DNA of 64,000 nt from positions 10,540,001 through 10,604,000 of the forward strand of contig NC_090351.1 in assembly GCF_035084215.1 (NCBI RefSeq), in the 5' to 3' direction. The notes below the pieces were generated by a model. It had not been told where the DNA came from and searched no databases. It worked only from the letters and a program-made list of their open reading frames with translations. Position 1 is the first letter of the stretch. Every line of letters starts with the position of its first letter. Of the stretch, positions 26,936 to 39,900 are shown piece after piece. The DNA comes from Heptranchias perlo. Lineage: Eukaryota. A program made the translations under genes and the position numbers.

Positions 26936-29054
26936 CTAAACAAAAGACAGAGATCACTTGCTCAGACTCACAGCGATCCTGCACTTCCTCTCTGCTGTTA
27001 CAGTTGCACAGTCTAGTTATTTTTCCAAGCATTAAGAATTGACCAGTACTTTTGGTACCATGTGATGCAGTACGTCAGATACCAGCACACGGTCCATGAA
27101 GTCACCCTGTTTGTAAAGCACTGTCCTCTGTTGCCATCAGTCTGATAGATGGATTCCCCCTCCCATCCACAGTTACGCATTGTGTTATACCACCACTCCC
27201 TGCGTCTGACTTCAAGAGGACAGATTCCGCCCTACTGAATTTCTTCCCCTCACCCCCAACGTTCTCCCATTTTCCCTGAAGATGTTGACTCTTTATGAGG
27301 CACGGAGCCAGCAGTCTCCAGCACTGCTCTCAAATGGCCATTCTTTATGTGTGTTTAGCACCAGGCTCCATGACTGAGGGGGGGGGGGGGGGGGAGCGAA
27401 CTGTGAGGTACACAGCGCCACGTATTATAACATTTTTATATAAAATATTAAAATTGTGATAACACTAAGACATTGATTTGCTATTTGTAACTGTAAATCT
27501 ACTAACTGTTACTGATACAGGACAGATGAGAAGGCAAGAATATAATGAAATTAAGTCTTTCCCCCTCCTCTGCTGAGGGAGAGGACTTTTGCAGGCTGCA
27601 GTGCTATGAACTCCGACAGTCATCTATTACCTCACCCATCTGGCTATTCTTCCTTTGTGGGCCTGGGCTCTGAGCATTGGCAGGTTTTCAATCACAGCAA
27701 GCGGTACAGCCCAAACAATAGCCCTGAATCTCAAGGTTAATGCTCTGGAGATACACGAGCTCAGCAATGCAAGTTGGGGCTAACTATTTAGTTTTTTTTG
27801 GGGGGGGGGGGGGGGGGGGGGGGCTGTTCCTATGTTTCTCCTCCCCCTTGACACAGTTGTTACAGAAGTAGGCAGATGGAGAGGAAGATACAATCCATTG
27901 GAATTCCCACTAGTTCCACTTTTGGGGCTCCCAGCATACTTTACGCCTGCATGAAGTGGACAATACAATACACCGTACTGGCCATGTGATAGGAGTGGGG
28001 CCCACTAAGTTTAGAAAGGCCCGTTTCCACACGGTAGCCAGTAGCAAAGCAACCAGCTGTCCTAAGGACGGTGACCTTCTTGGAAACTAGCTAATTTTTT
28101 TTCCCGCACTGAGGGATTTTTCAGCTGGACCTGCCAGCAGTTGAGCTCATCAGCTGGTCAATGCTGCAGTTTCCTCTCCTCCCCACTAGCAGCCACCCCA
28201 ATTGCACTGATACTGGCAGAGGTTCCCATCCATCCTCCCACTTTGTTCAAATTGCCAAGCCAGCAATTCAGACCGGGTCAGGGGGTATATCTGGCCAGCA
28301 CCCTAGAAATCCTGATCAGCCACTGTGGCAGAGCGGTGTTACATATTTAGGACCACATGGACTCTCCAACAAGAATAGCCCAAAAGCGAGCAAGTCTTAT
28401 CACTAGACAATTCTCAGAGTTGCAAAAGAATCTTAAAAAAAGTGGATTGGGGGACTGGGAAGTGGAGTAGTTAGACACTGGGCATTCTATTCTGGGATCT
28501 GGGTATATGTCAAGCTCAGACTGATGGGAGAAATGTTTTTTTGACTGAAAGGGTCCTATACAGCATATGGTCAGTCTCAAAAACAATTCTTAGTGAGCAT
28601 TGCAAAATTACACTTAATTTGGCATAATCACTAAGGGGCCCAAGAATGACTACTGAAGAACATGGAAACAGGTTATGCTGGTACAAAGAGGGACTGTTCC
28701 CTAGTGTCTGGGAGCAAGACATGTTGGAGTAGAATAAAAGGAGCATTACTTTGCTTTTAACCATATTAATCAGAGTTGGGAGTGCTTCATGCTGACACTG
28801 GGCACATGAAATGGAAAAGGTTTCTTCACCATCTGTCATCCTTTATCTTGATTGGCACAAAACAAAATGCAGCTCAGAACATCGGAGGCTACAATTCAGG
28901 ACAGTAGTGACATTAGGCACCATTTTACTGCACTACTGAACTACAAGTAGCAGGCTTTGCTAGGAGGATTCAAACACTTAAGTCAACCCATCAATTTTCA
29001 CCCCAAAATAAACCCAATCCCATCAGCCTTTATTTAGTGGGAAGGTTTCATAGG

Positions 29055-29640
29055 AACAGTTTTGGTCTCCTTACCCAAGGAAGGGTATACTTGCCTTAGA
29101 GGGGGTGCAATGAAGGTTCACTTGATTGATTCCTGGGATGAGAGGATTGTCCCAAGAGGAGAAATTGAGTAGAATGGGCCTATCCTCTCTGGAGTTTAGA
29201 GAATGAGAGGTGATACCAGTGAAACATATAAAATTCTTAGAGGGCTTGACAGGGTAGATGCTGACAGGATATTTCCCCCTGACTGGAGAGTCAAGAACTA
29301 GGGGTCATAGTCTCAATATTAAGGGGTCAGCCATTTAAGACCAGGACGAGGAAAGATTTCTTCACTCAGAGGGCTGTGAACCTTTGGAATTCTCTACCCC
29401 AGAGGGCTGTTGATGCTCAGTCACTGAGTATATTCAAGATTGAGATAGATAGATAGATTTTTGGACACTAAGGGAATCAAGGGATATGGGGATAGTGGAG
29501 TTGAGATAGAAGATCAATCATGATCTTACCAAATGGTGGAGCAGGCTCGAGGGGCCGTATGGCCTATTCCTTATGAGTGGCCATTCAATTAGATCATTAG
29601 ATGATCTGTACCTCAACTCCATTTACTTTGCTATACTTCA
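29055..29640 (+). mobile_element. CR1 LINE 3' fragment
   Basis: ctggagtttagagaatgagaggtga...ttcttcactcagagggctgtgaacctttggaattctctacccc...ggagcaggctcgagggg. Confidence 0.85.
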
Positions 29641-29819
29641 TCTGTAGAGTTTTGATAGCAAAATGATAAAAGCATCTATAAAGAACAAGTTTGCCCTCTC
29701 ACTAGAAGTGGTGCACAGGGGGGACCTTTCCCCCATTTGCTATACAACCAAATTTCCTGAATGATAAAAGTCCGTTATCCAAATACACTTGTCCAAAAGC
29801 AGACCAGCCGTCAACAAAC

Positions 29820-30157
29820 CTCAGACTGCACATGCTCCTTAGAGCCAGCCCCCTGACCATGGGGTTGGGGTCAGTACAATCTTTCCGCAGTGTGTTGATG
29901 GCCAGAAGCGCCAGGTTGGGTTTCAGCGCGGCGTAGGTGCACATGTACAAATAGACCAGCTTCTTCTGCACGATGTCCACGGTGGCGCTGGCCTTCACCA
30001 TCTCCATGAAGAGAGCGGACACGTCCAGCCCCTGGGTCATGAAGCGGATCACTTTCAGGACCACGTTCCTGTACCTCAGCCTGTCCGCCTGGATACTGGG
30101 GTTGGACAAACCCCGCCGCAGCTCCTTCACCGTGTCCTCGGAGCCGTAGTACGGCAT
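29820..30157 (-). CDS. AP4B1: AP4B1 coding exon 1 (adaptin N-terminal trunk)
   Basis: ATG at 30157, 338 nt, donor AG|gtttgt; [32 protein letters not shown]...[12 protein letters not shown]...[18 protein letters not shown] is the recognisable AP4B1 N-terminus. Confidence 0.98.
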
Positions 30158-30620
30158 GTCCCGGCCGGCGGTCTAACTCACAGACACAACAAGAGTTTCG
30201 GGCCTCGGGCCCCGGGCCCCCGGCGCAGGCTCCCCTCGCTCCTCGCCGCACAGGCCCGTTAGGACCCGCGGGTGGCCGCTCGGAAGCCGCCCATTCCCCG
30301 CGGGCTCCAACAGTCCCGGCGGGGCCTCACTCGGTCCGGGGAAAGAGGGAGGCCGCGTCTCACCCCGGCGGGTTTTAGGCCGATTTACAGCCCCGCCCTG
30401 GATTATTATAAAGTCCCCGGACCGCCGCCGCTCCTCACCCCCACCCCGGCCCCAGCAACGCACACCGCAAACTCCCTCAACCTCATTGGCCCACCCGACC
30501 AGTAAAACTTATCTTGATTGGTCTTTTTAAAAAAAACACAACAAGTAACACGCGCGGCCAAGAGTGCACCTTGTCGCTTGACTGTGGCTCTTCCGCCCCC
30601 TGCTGGTTGGAAATGATGGG
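29900..30620 (-). promoter_or_regulatory. CpG island / AP4B1 promoter
   Basis: Sharp GC and CpG enrichment over exon 1 and upstream; GC boxes near 30391 and 30593; minus-strand CCAAT boxes (plus-strand attgg) near 30485 and 30517. Confidence 0.8.
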
Positions 30621-30793
30621 TCAGAACTTGCTGTGACAGAGTGAGACTTTAGTTCCACCTGCCCGGGTACCCCTTCAGCTCGAAGTGGGAGCTGATAACT
30701 TGGCAGCGAGGGAAACAGGGCATCTGGGACCCGAGTGAACAGGGCAAGCAACTGGGTATCTCCTCAATCAATCAGATGGAAGGATTGAGAAAT

Positions 30794-33072
30794 AAACAGC
30801 GCAAGGACTGAGAAGCAAGTGTAAATTAGAGTGGGTGAATTCAATGTCAAATCAGGTACAGAAGGAGAGGGCAAGAAAGATTGGATCAAGAGAGAGAGAA
30901 AAAAAAAGAGACAGAAAGGAAAAGTTTAAAAAAAAGTTTTCATTTTAAATTTGACATTTTTAAACTCTCCAATTAAAACCTAAAGGAATGAGACTCCACA
31001 CTTGTAATAGTTAATTTTCAGTGCCTGAGAGGTTGACCGGCAGTAATTAACACTTAACACGTTGTTAAAAGGATACTTAGACTGAAAGGGACAAGACTTA
31101 GTTTTCTGTGAGGAGTTTAGTTCGTATCTACCGCGCAAATACAGCAACTTCACGCCGTTCAATGAATTTTAACGGTGAGGAAGACAGTGAGATGCCATTT
31201 TCACGAAGCTAACAGCGGAGTGGCGCATCTCGGACAGCAACTTTTGGATGTTTGAGTTTAATCGCACATCTGCCCCTCACCTGAAGCTGCTGTACTATTT
31301 GCGTATAAATAACGAGTGAAATTAGCCTCACAGTTGTTTTGACAGCAAAATCTGGGCCATTATCAACAAATAGCCATTCCAAAATACTAAGGTTACTGAA
31401 GACTGAAACTGTCTATGTGCGTCACTATCTGCTTAAAACAACTTCATCTTAGACTCCTGCAATTTCTGTGGCCTGGATCAGTCCATGTTTCATTTATTTA
31501 CAGGGTGTGGGAGGCTGCAGCCCCTGTTCCACTATTTAAGGGGGCTGCTCCTCAAGTTCTGGCTGCACTTCAGTCCCACGTTCATGATCTTTGGCCGCCC
31601 GGTGAGGGGGGGGGGCATCCACAGGTCCAGGTTGCTCGCGGCCCGTGGGGGCGGTCGCTCGGCCTGTCTGCCTCTCTTCCGCGGAATGCTCCGCGCCCAG
31701 GTGGCCCTGGAGAGGGAGCACGCGGTGTCTGCCGGTACGCTTGAGGCTTTCCGCGACCGGTGGGCACCGCAGGGGCTGGAGTGTATCCTGGACGGGGACA
31801 ATAAAATTTTAATTTGATACTTGGTTTTGGTACGTTTGGTTTTTTGTATTTAAACACACCCTAAACCCCCCCTTATAAAAGGGGGGCCTAAAGTCACAGA
31901 AAAAGGAAAAAAAAATTATTTGACATTTATTTTGAGTTTATATATAAAAAAAGAAAACTAGACGAAACTGGAGTGCATCCTGGACCGACGTAATAAAATT
32001 ATTATTTGACACTTATTTTGGGTTTATTGGTTTACTGCACATGAACACACCCTAAACCCCCCCTACTTATAAAAGGGGGGCCTAATAACAAAAAAAAGAA
32101 AAAGAAAATGAAAAAAGAAGAAAAAGAAAAAAAAAGAAAAAACAAGCATCATTAATCCCAGTCACTGAACAAACAGATTGAGTTAACCCCTTTCACTCAA
32201 GCAATTTAAATGTTCCAAAAAAAAAGAAAAACACACAAGGAAAAAGGGGAAAAAAAGAAAAAAAAACAGCGCAAGGACTGAGAAGCAAGTGTAAATTAGA
32301 GTGGGTGAATTCAATGTCAAATCAGGTACAGAAGGAGAGGGCAAGAAAGATTGGATCAAGAGAGAGAGAAAAAAAAAGAGACAGAAAGGAAAAGTTTAAA
32401 CAAAAGTTTTCATTTTAAATTTGACATTTTTAAACTCTCCAATTAAAACCTAAAGGAATGAGACTCCACACTTGTAATAGTTAATTTTCAGTGCCTGAGA
32501 GGTTGACCGGCAGTAATTAACACTTAACACGTTGTTAAAAGGATACTTAGACTGAAAGGGACAAGACTTAGTTTTCTGTGAGGAGTTTAGTTCGTATCTA
32601 CCGCGCAAATACAGCAACTTCACGCCGTTCAATGAATTTTAACGGTGAGGAAGACAGTGAGATGCCATTTTCACGAAGCTAACAGCGGAGTGGCGCATCT
32701 CGGACAGCAACTTTTGGATGTTTGAGTTTAATCGCACATCTGCCCCTCGCCTGAAGCTGCTGTACTATTTGCGTATAAATAACGAGTGAAATTAGCCTCA
32801 CAGTTGTTTTGACAGCAAAATCTGGGCCATTATCAACAAATAGCCATTCCAAAATACTAAGGTTACTGAAGACTGAAACTGTCTATGTGCGTCACTATCT
32901 GCTTAAAACAACTTCATCTTAGGCTCCTGCAATTTCTGTGGCCTGGATCAGTCCATGTTTCATTTATTTACAGGGTGTGGGAGGCTGCAGCCCCTGTTCC
33001 ACTATTTAAGGGGGCTGCTCCTCAAGTTCTGGCTGCACTTCAGTCCCACGTTCGTGATCTTTGGCCACCCGG
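30794..33072 (+). repeat. Direct duplication, offset 1470 bp (30794-31602 vs 32264-33072, about 99% identical)
   Basis: Identical ORF-track entries at 30980 and 32450; I count only about 5 differences in about 810 bp. Confidence 0.92.
31452..31900 (+). mobile_element. L1/Tx1-clade LINE ORF2 C-terminus and 3' tail, copy 1
   Basis: Zn-knuckle CNFCGLDQSMFHLFTGC, then RLQPLFHYLRGLLLKFWLHFSPT...AFRDRWAPQG; A-rich tail. Confidence 0.75.
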
Positions 33073-33455
33073 TGAGGAGGGGGGGGGGCGGGCAGGTCGG
33101 GGGACGTCCTCGTGGGCCTGCTCCTGTGCCTGTCCAAGGTGACTATCCACAGGTGCAGGTTAGACACGGCCCAGGTTAGACAGTGGGGGCGGTCGCTTCG
33201 ACTGTCTGCCTCTCTTCCGCGGCATTCTCCGCACCCGGGTAGCCCTGGAGGGGGAGCACGCGGTGTCCGCCGGTATGCTTGAGGCTTTCCGCGACCAGTG
33301 GGCACCGCAGGGACTGGAGAGCATCCTGGATCGATATAATAAAATTATTATTTGACACTTAGTTTGGTTTTATTGGTTTGCTGCACATAAAAACACACCC
33401 TAATCCCCCTTATAAAAGGGGGGCCTAAAACACAAAAGAAAAAAAGAATAAAAAC
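32922..33455 (+). mobile_element. L1/Tx1-clade LINE ORF2 C-terminus and 3' tail, copy 2
   Basis: Same Zn-knuckle; carries extra internal sequence absent from copy 1. Confidence 0.75.
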
Positions 33456-33736
33456 TTAATCTTAGAGGGACTGCCCCTATGAGAGGGGAGGCACGTCTTG
33501 ATTAAAACATGCACGTGGTGTCCCGTCTGTAAGGGGGTGAGTTTGTTAACCTCCCGGTGAGATCGGGCGACACTCACTGATTATGGGTCTGTGGGGAAAA
33601 AAATTCTAAACTCTGTACAAAGTCACCCCGTCTCCTATCTCAATACCAGGAGTCAGATGTTACACACGAGGATGTTAGCTGTAAGAAAGGTCCCAGGTTC
33701 ACTCGGAAATAGATTTCCAGGATCGCGTTCCTCTTC

Positions 33737-33955
33737 TAAGAACATAAGAAATAGGAGCAGGAGTAGGCCATACGGCCCCTCGAGCCTGCTCCGCCATTCA
33801 ATAAGATTATGACTGACCTTCGACCTCAACTCCACTTTTCCACCCGATCTCCATATCCCTTGATTCCCCTAGAGACCACAAATCTATCGATCTCAGCCTT
33901 GAATATACTCAACGACTCAGCATCCACAGCCCTCTGGTCTAGAGAATTCCAAAGA
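33737..33955 (-). mobile_element. CR1 3' tail fragment
   Basis: taagaacataagaaataggagcaggagtaggcc tail. Confidence 0.85.
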
Positions 33956-34692
33956 TCCTGAAGCTGCATCTTCTTTCCACTCACTGTCTCAGCCGCTGGG
34001 TTTGGCAGTCTCTATACTTTACCTTCCCCCGTACTGTCTGCTTCTTGAAATGTCGTTCTGCTTGCAGGGCTTCCATATTATTTTCCATGCTGGCTTCTCC
34101 CTGCTGTGTTCACCCAATGGCCGCTCTCCCGCTCAGTTTTCCCATGCTTTCCAAAGATGTGCAGCTTGCATTAATGGGTTTTCCACAGGTCAGGTGTACT
34201 CGATCCTGGAAAGAGACGGGTACCACGCGTGTTTGCTTCTCGACACGGATGCTACACATGACACGGGGAGAAAATCAGAAGCTGGTATCCCGGGAGATGA
34301 GTATTGTTTGGGAAATTGCTGACCATCCCCTTTGCACTGAATCAGGAACTCCAAGGGAAAAGAAACATACACATCCATATACAGTGTGTGTACCTGCCTA
34401 CGCCAGTGGATTGGAGAACGAGGAACTAGAGAGCACAATGTTTGGACAATGCAGAATTGGATGGACTGGAAAGCAGAAGTGGGAGGGCTGAGTCATAGAT
34501 GGCTAGAGTAGGGGAGGACTGTAGACCGTGGAGTTGGAAGGGCTGGACAACACTAAGTTGGGGAGGCCAGCGGAGTGCAGTGTCGAAGGGCTGTGCCATC
34601 CGGCAACAGCTGTTTCCCATTCTCATGGCTATACTCCCTTCTGCATCGCAAACCTGATTTGTTCAGATGCATGAGGCAGCAAGGTAGGGCAA

Positions 34693-35822
34693 CTAAAGCC
34701 AGAGCTCCCTAGATGACAAAAGAGATAGAGAGTAAGAGGAAATGGAAAAAAGGGGCGTATGACACATGTCAGTTGATAACACAAGTGAGAACCAGGCAGA
34801 ATATAGAAAGTTCAGAGGGGAAGTGAAAAAGGGAATAAGAGGGACAAAGAGACAGTATGAGAATAGACTGGCAGCCATAAAACAATAAGACCATAAGAGA
34901 TAGGAGCAGGAGTAGGCCATTCGGCCCCTCGAGCCTGCTCCGCCATTTAATGAGATCATGGCCGATCTGATTTTTACCTCAACTCCACTTTCCCGCCCTT
35001 TCCCCATATCCTTTGACTCCCTTGCTGATCAAAAATTTGTCTAACTCAGCCTTGAATGTATTCAATGACTCAGCCGCCACAGCTTTTTGGGGTAAAGAAT
35101 TCCAAAGATTCATGACCCTCTGGGAGGAGAAATTCCTCCTAATTTCTGTCTTAAACAGGCGACCCCTTATTCTGAGACTATGCCCTCTAGTTTTAGATTC
35201 CCCCATGAGGGGTAACATCCTCTCAGCATCTACCCTATCGAGTCCCCTCAGAATCTTGTATAAGATCTCCTCTCATTCTTCTAAACTCCAATGAGTATAG
35301 ACCCAACCTGTTCAATCTTTCATCATAAGACAACCCTTCCATACCCGGAATCAACCTAGTGAACCTTCTCTGAACTGCCTTCAAGGCAAATATGTCCTTC
35401 CTTAAATAAGGGCACCAGAACTGTACGCAGTACTCCAGGTGTGGTCTCACCAGCACCCTGTACAGTTGTAGCATGACTTCCCTGCTTTTATACTCCATCC
35501 CCCTAGAAATAAAGGCCAATATTCCGTTTGCCTTCCGGATTACTTGCTACAACTGTATGTTGACTTTTTGTGTTTCATGTACAAGGACACCCAGATCCCT
35601 CTGTACCGCTGCATTTTGCAGTATTTCTCCATTCAAATAATATTTTGCTTTTTTATTTTTCCTCCCAAAGTGGATGACTTCACATTTTCCCACATTATAT
35701 TCCATCTGCCAAATTTTTGCCCATTCACTTAACCTGTCAATATCCCTTTGCAGACACTTTGTGTCCTCATCGAAACTTGCTTTTCCACCTATCTTTGTAC
35801 CATCAGCAAATTTGGCCACAAG
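34693..35822. mobile_element. Two abutting CR1 fragments (plus strand about 34693-34878; minus-strand RT/3' end about 34880-35822)
   Basis: The plus piece matches the inverse of about 1910-2085. The minus piece reads KFADGTKIGG...LYRVLVRPHLEYCVQFW...RVMNLWNSLPQKAV. Confidence 0.88.
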
Positions 35823-36998
35823 ACACTCCGTTCCTTATCTCATTGCTGTTTGTGGGACCTTGCTGTGCAGAAATTGGCTGCTGTATTTCATACATTTCAA
35901 AAGTACTTCATTGGCTGTAAAGTGCTTGGGGCGTCTTGAGGTGTGAAAGGCGTTATTTAAATGCAAGTTCTTTATGTCTTTCTAAGCTTTGCCACCTGGC
36001 AGCAAACATCACAGCCAAGGCCATGGGGAAATCGATGGAGGAGATACCTGAGGGCATAATCCATTAACTATGCTGCTGATTCTTATCGACAGGATAGCGT
36101 CAAATCAACAAGAAACTCCCATGACTTCAAACCTGGACAGTCCGGCAGAGAATCCCAGCAGAGGGGGAAATTGACCCCTGCCGACTGGGCAGATTGGGAG
36201 TGGAAAATCAGCTCCATGGTGTTTAAATGATGACATATTACATTTTAAACCTGACTAGATGGTAGTCTGATTAGTTTGTTATTAAAAATAAGAGCGGATT
36301 GTTGAAAAATTAGAAAATCATGAAAGTCAACAGTGTCTTGATAGTTCGGTGCCCTTTTAGTAAAATAAGTTGAATTAGTGCAATAAATATTCCTGTTCAG
36401 GTTGAGTATCTCACGGTTTTGTGCATGTAAACTTGGTGCAATGTAATGTGAACTGTCTCAACATAGTTGCGTTGCAGCACGAAACAGTTTAAAATGCTGA
36501 AGTTTTTTTTTAAGTGCGAGGAGGCGTGTCAACTGCAATAGTGGTCACAGCAATTGCAATAGGGAGTGTGGAGATCGCAAAAGACCAACAGCTAAGATTT
36601 GAGTACTTTGGAGCTTTGCAATACTGAAGTGAGTCTGAGCAGCCTGCCTTCAAATTGGTCTTCCAGCCAGACTAAAGTGAGCCCTCTCTCTGTGACTGTC
36701 CTTTGCTTTTCTTTTTTTAAAAAATGAGCGCAACACTTTTCTCCCATAGTGTTTTTTCTCTCTCCTTTATGCTGCAGTTTCCTTCCCTGTTGTCCGAAGC
36801 CGCTTTGCCATCGGTTTTCTGCGCGGGTGCAGTCTCTTCTCATGGAAGAAAGGTCCGCACACGCAAAGTAAACCCAGTCCAGAATAAAGAAGCGGCTCTC
36901 TGCCGTAAAACAGACCCTGAATTAAGGGAGTGACATCCTAAGGGAAGAACGGCATTGGATTGTAAACTGATGCATGGGACTTGTGTTGAATGTGGGAG

Positions 36999-39900
36999 AG
37001 CTTGTGTTCAGAGGGGAAGGCGGAGAGTTGCTGGGCTTGTGTTCAGAGGGGAAGGCGGAGAGTTGCTGGGCTTGTGTTCAGAGGGGATGGCGGAGAGTTG
37101 CTGGGCTTGTGTTCAGAGGGGAAGGCGGAGAGTTGCTGGGCTTGTGTTCAGAGGGGAAGGCGGAGAGTTGCTGGGCTTGTGTTCAGAGGGGAAGGCGGAG
37201 AGTTGCTGGGCTTGTGTTCAGAGGGGATGGCGGAGAGTTGCTGGGCTTGTGTTCAGAGGGGATGGCGGAGAGTTGCTGGGCTTGTGTTCAGAGGGGATAG
37301 TGGAGAGTTGCTGGGCTTGTGTTCAGAGGGGAAGGCGGAGAGTTGCTGGGCTTGTGTTCAGAGGGATAGTGGAGAGTTGCTGGGCTTGTGTTCAGAGGGG
37401 ATAGTGGAGAGTTGCTGGGCTTGTGTTCAGAGGGGATAGTGGAGAGTTGCTGGGCTTGTGTTCAGAGGGGATAGTGGAGAGTTGCTGGGCTTGTGTTCAG
37501 AGGGGATAGTGGAGAGTTGCTGGGCTTGTGTTCAGAGGAGATAGTGGAGAGTTGCTGGGCTTGTGTTCAGAGGGGAAGGCGGAGAGTTGCTGTGCTTGTG
37601 TTCAGAGGGGATGGCGGAGAGTTGCTGGGCTTGTGTTCAGAGGGGATGGCGGAGAGTTGCTGGGCTTGTGTTCAGAGGGGATGGCGGAGAGTTGCTGTGC
37701 TTGTGTTCAGAGGGGATAGTGGAGAGTTGCTGGGCTTGTGTTCAGAGGGGATGGCGGAGAGTTGCTGGGCTTGTGTTCAGTGGGGAAGGCGGAGAGTTGC
37801 TGGGCTTGTGTTCAGAGGGGAAGGCGGAGAGTTGCTGGGCTTGTGTTCAGAGGGGATGGCGGAGAGTTGCTGTGCTTGTGTTCAGAGGGGATAGTGGAGA
37901 GTTGCTGGGCTTGTGTTCAGAGGGGATGGCGGAGAGTTGCTGGGCTTGTGTTCAGAGGGGATGGCGGAGAGTTGCTGGGCTTGTGTTCAGAGGGGATGGC
38001 GGAGAGTTGCTGTGCTTGTGTTCAGAGGGGATAGTGGAGAGTTGCTGGGCTTGTGTTCAGAGGGGATGGCGGAGAGTTGCTGGGCTTGTGTTCAGTGGGG
38101 AAGGCGGAGAGTTGCTGGGCTTGTGTTCAGAGGGGAAGGCGGAGAGTTGCTGGGCTTGTGTTCAGAGGGGATAGTGGAGAGTTGCTGGGCTTGTGTTCAG
38201 AGGGGATGGCGGAGAGTTGCTGGGCTTGTGTTCAGAGGGGAAGGCGGAGAGTTGCTGGGCTTGTGTTCAGAGGGGATGGCGGAGAGTTGCTGGGCTTGTG
38301 TTCAGAGGGGAAGGCGGAGAGTTGCTGGGCTTGTGTTCAGAGGGGATAGTGGAGAGTTGCTGGGCTTGTGTTCAGAGGGGATAGTGGAGAGTTGCTGGGC
38401 TTGTGTTCAGAGGGGATAGTGGAGAGTTGCTGGGCTTGTGTTCAGAGGGGATGGCGGAGAGTTGCTGGGCTTGTGTTCAGAGGGGAAGGCGGAGAGATGC
38501 TGGGCTTGTGTTCAGAGGGGAAGGTGGAGTGTTGCTGGGCTTGTGTTCAGAGGGGAAGGCGGAGAGTTGCTGGGCTTGTGTTCAGAGGGGAAGGCGGAGA
38601 GATGCTGGGCTTGTGTTCAGAGGGGAAGGCGGAGAGTTGCTGGGCTTGTGTTCAGAGGGGATAGTGGAGAGTTGCTGGGCTTGTGTTCAGAGGGGAAGGC
38701 GGAGAGTTGCTGGGCTTGTGTTCAGAGGGGATGGCGGAGAGTTGCTGGGCTTGTGTTCAGAGGGGATGGCGGAGAGATGCTGGGCTTGTGTTCAGAGGGG
38801 AAGGCGGAGAGATGCTGGGCTTGTGTTCAGAGGGGAAGGCGGAGAGTTGCTGGGCTTGTGTTCAGAGGGGATACTGGAGAGTTGCTGGGCTTGTGTTCAG
38901 AGGGGATAGTGGAGAGTTGCTGGGCTTGTGTTCAGAGGGGATACTGGAGAGTTGCTGGGCTTGTGTTCAGAGGGGATAGTGGAGAGTTGCTGGGCTTGTG
39001 TTCAGAGGGGAAGGCGAAGAGATGCTGGGCTTGTGTTCAGAGGGGAAGGCGGAGAGATGCTGGGCTTGTGTTCAGAGGGGAAGGCGGAGAGTTGCTGGGC
39101 TTGTGTTCAGAGGGGATGGCGGAGAGTTGCTGGGCTTGTGTTCAGAGGGGAAGGCGGAGAGTTGCTGGGCTTGTGTTCAGAGGGGAAGGCGGAGAGATGC
39201 TGGGCTTGTGTTCAGAGGGGAAGGCGGAGAGTTGCTGGGCTTGTGTTCAGAGGGGATAGTGGAGAGTTGCTGGGCTTGTGTTCAGAGGGGAAGGCGGAGA
39301 GTTGCTGGGCTTGTGTTCAGAGGGGATGGCGGAGAGTTGCTGGGCTTGTGTTCAGAGGGGATGGCGGAGAGATGCTGGGCTTGTGTTCAGAGGGGAAGGC
39401 GGAGAGTTGCTGGGCTTGTGTTCAGAGGGGATACTGGAGAGTTGCTGGGCTTGTGTTCAGAGGGGATAGTGGAGAGTTGCTGGGCTTGTGTTCAGAGGGG
39501 ATGGCGGAGAGATGCTGGGCTTGTGTTCAGAGGGGAAGGCGGAGAGTTGCTGGGCTTGTGTTCAGAGGGGAAGGCGGGGAGATGCTGGGCTTGTGTTCAG
39601 AGGGGAAGGCGGAGAGTTGCTGGGCTTGTGTTCAGAGGGGATACTGGAGAGTTGCTGGGCTTGTGTTCAGAGGGGATAGTGGAGAGTTGCTGGGCTTGTG
39701 TTCAGAGGGGATAGTGGAGAGTTGCTGGGCTTGTGTTCAGAGGGGAAGGTGGAGAGTTGCTGGGCTTGTGTTCAGAGGGGATAGTGGAGAGTTGCTGGGC
39801 TTGTGTTCAGAGGGGAAGGCGGAGAGATGCTGGGCTTGTGTTCAGAGGGGAAGGCGGAGAGATGCTGGGCTTGTGTTCAGAGGGGAAGGCGGAGAGTTGC

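Noticed and set aside
30980-31162. ORF starting MNGVKLL, superficially like the DCLRE1B N-terminus (MNGV...)
   Set aside because: Wrong strand for a head-to-head gene, no further similarity, and it lies in a duplicated interspersed repeat.
34002-34626. Overlapping 66-148 aa ORFs (similar ones at 51420-52325 and 54911-55625)
   Set aside because: No recognisable domain or convincing exon structure; probably decayed transposon or intergenic sequence.
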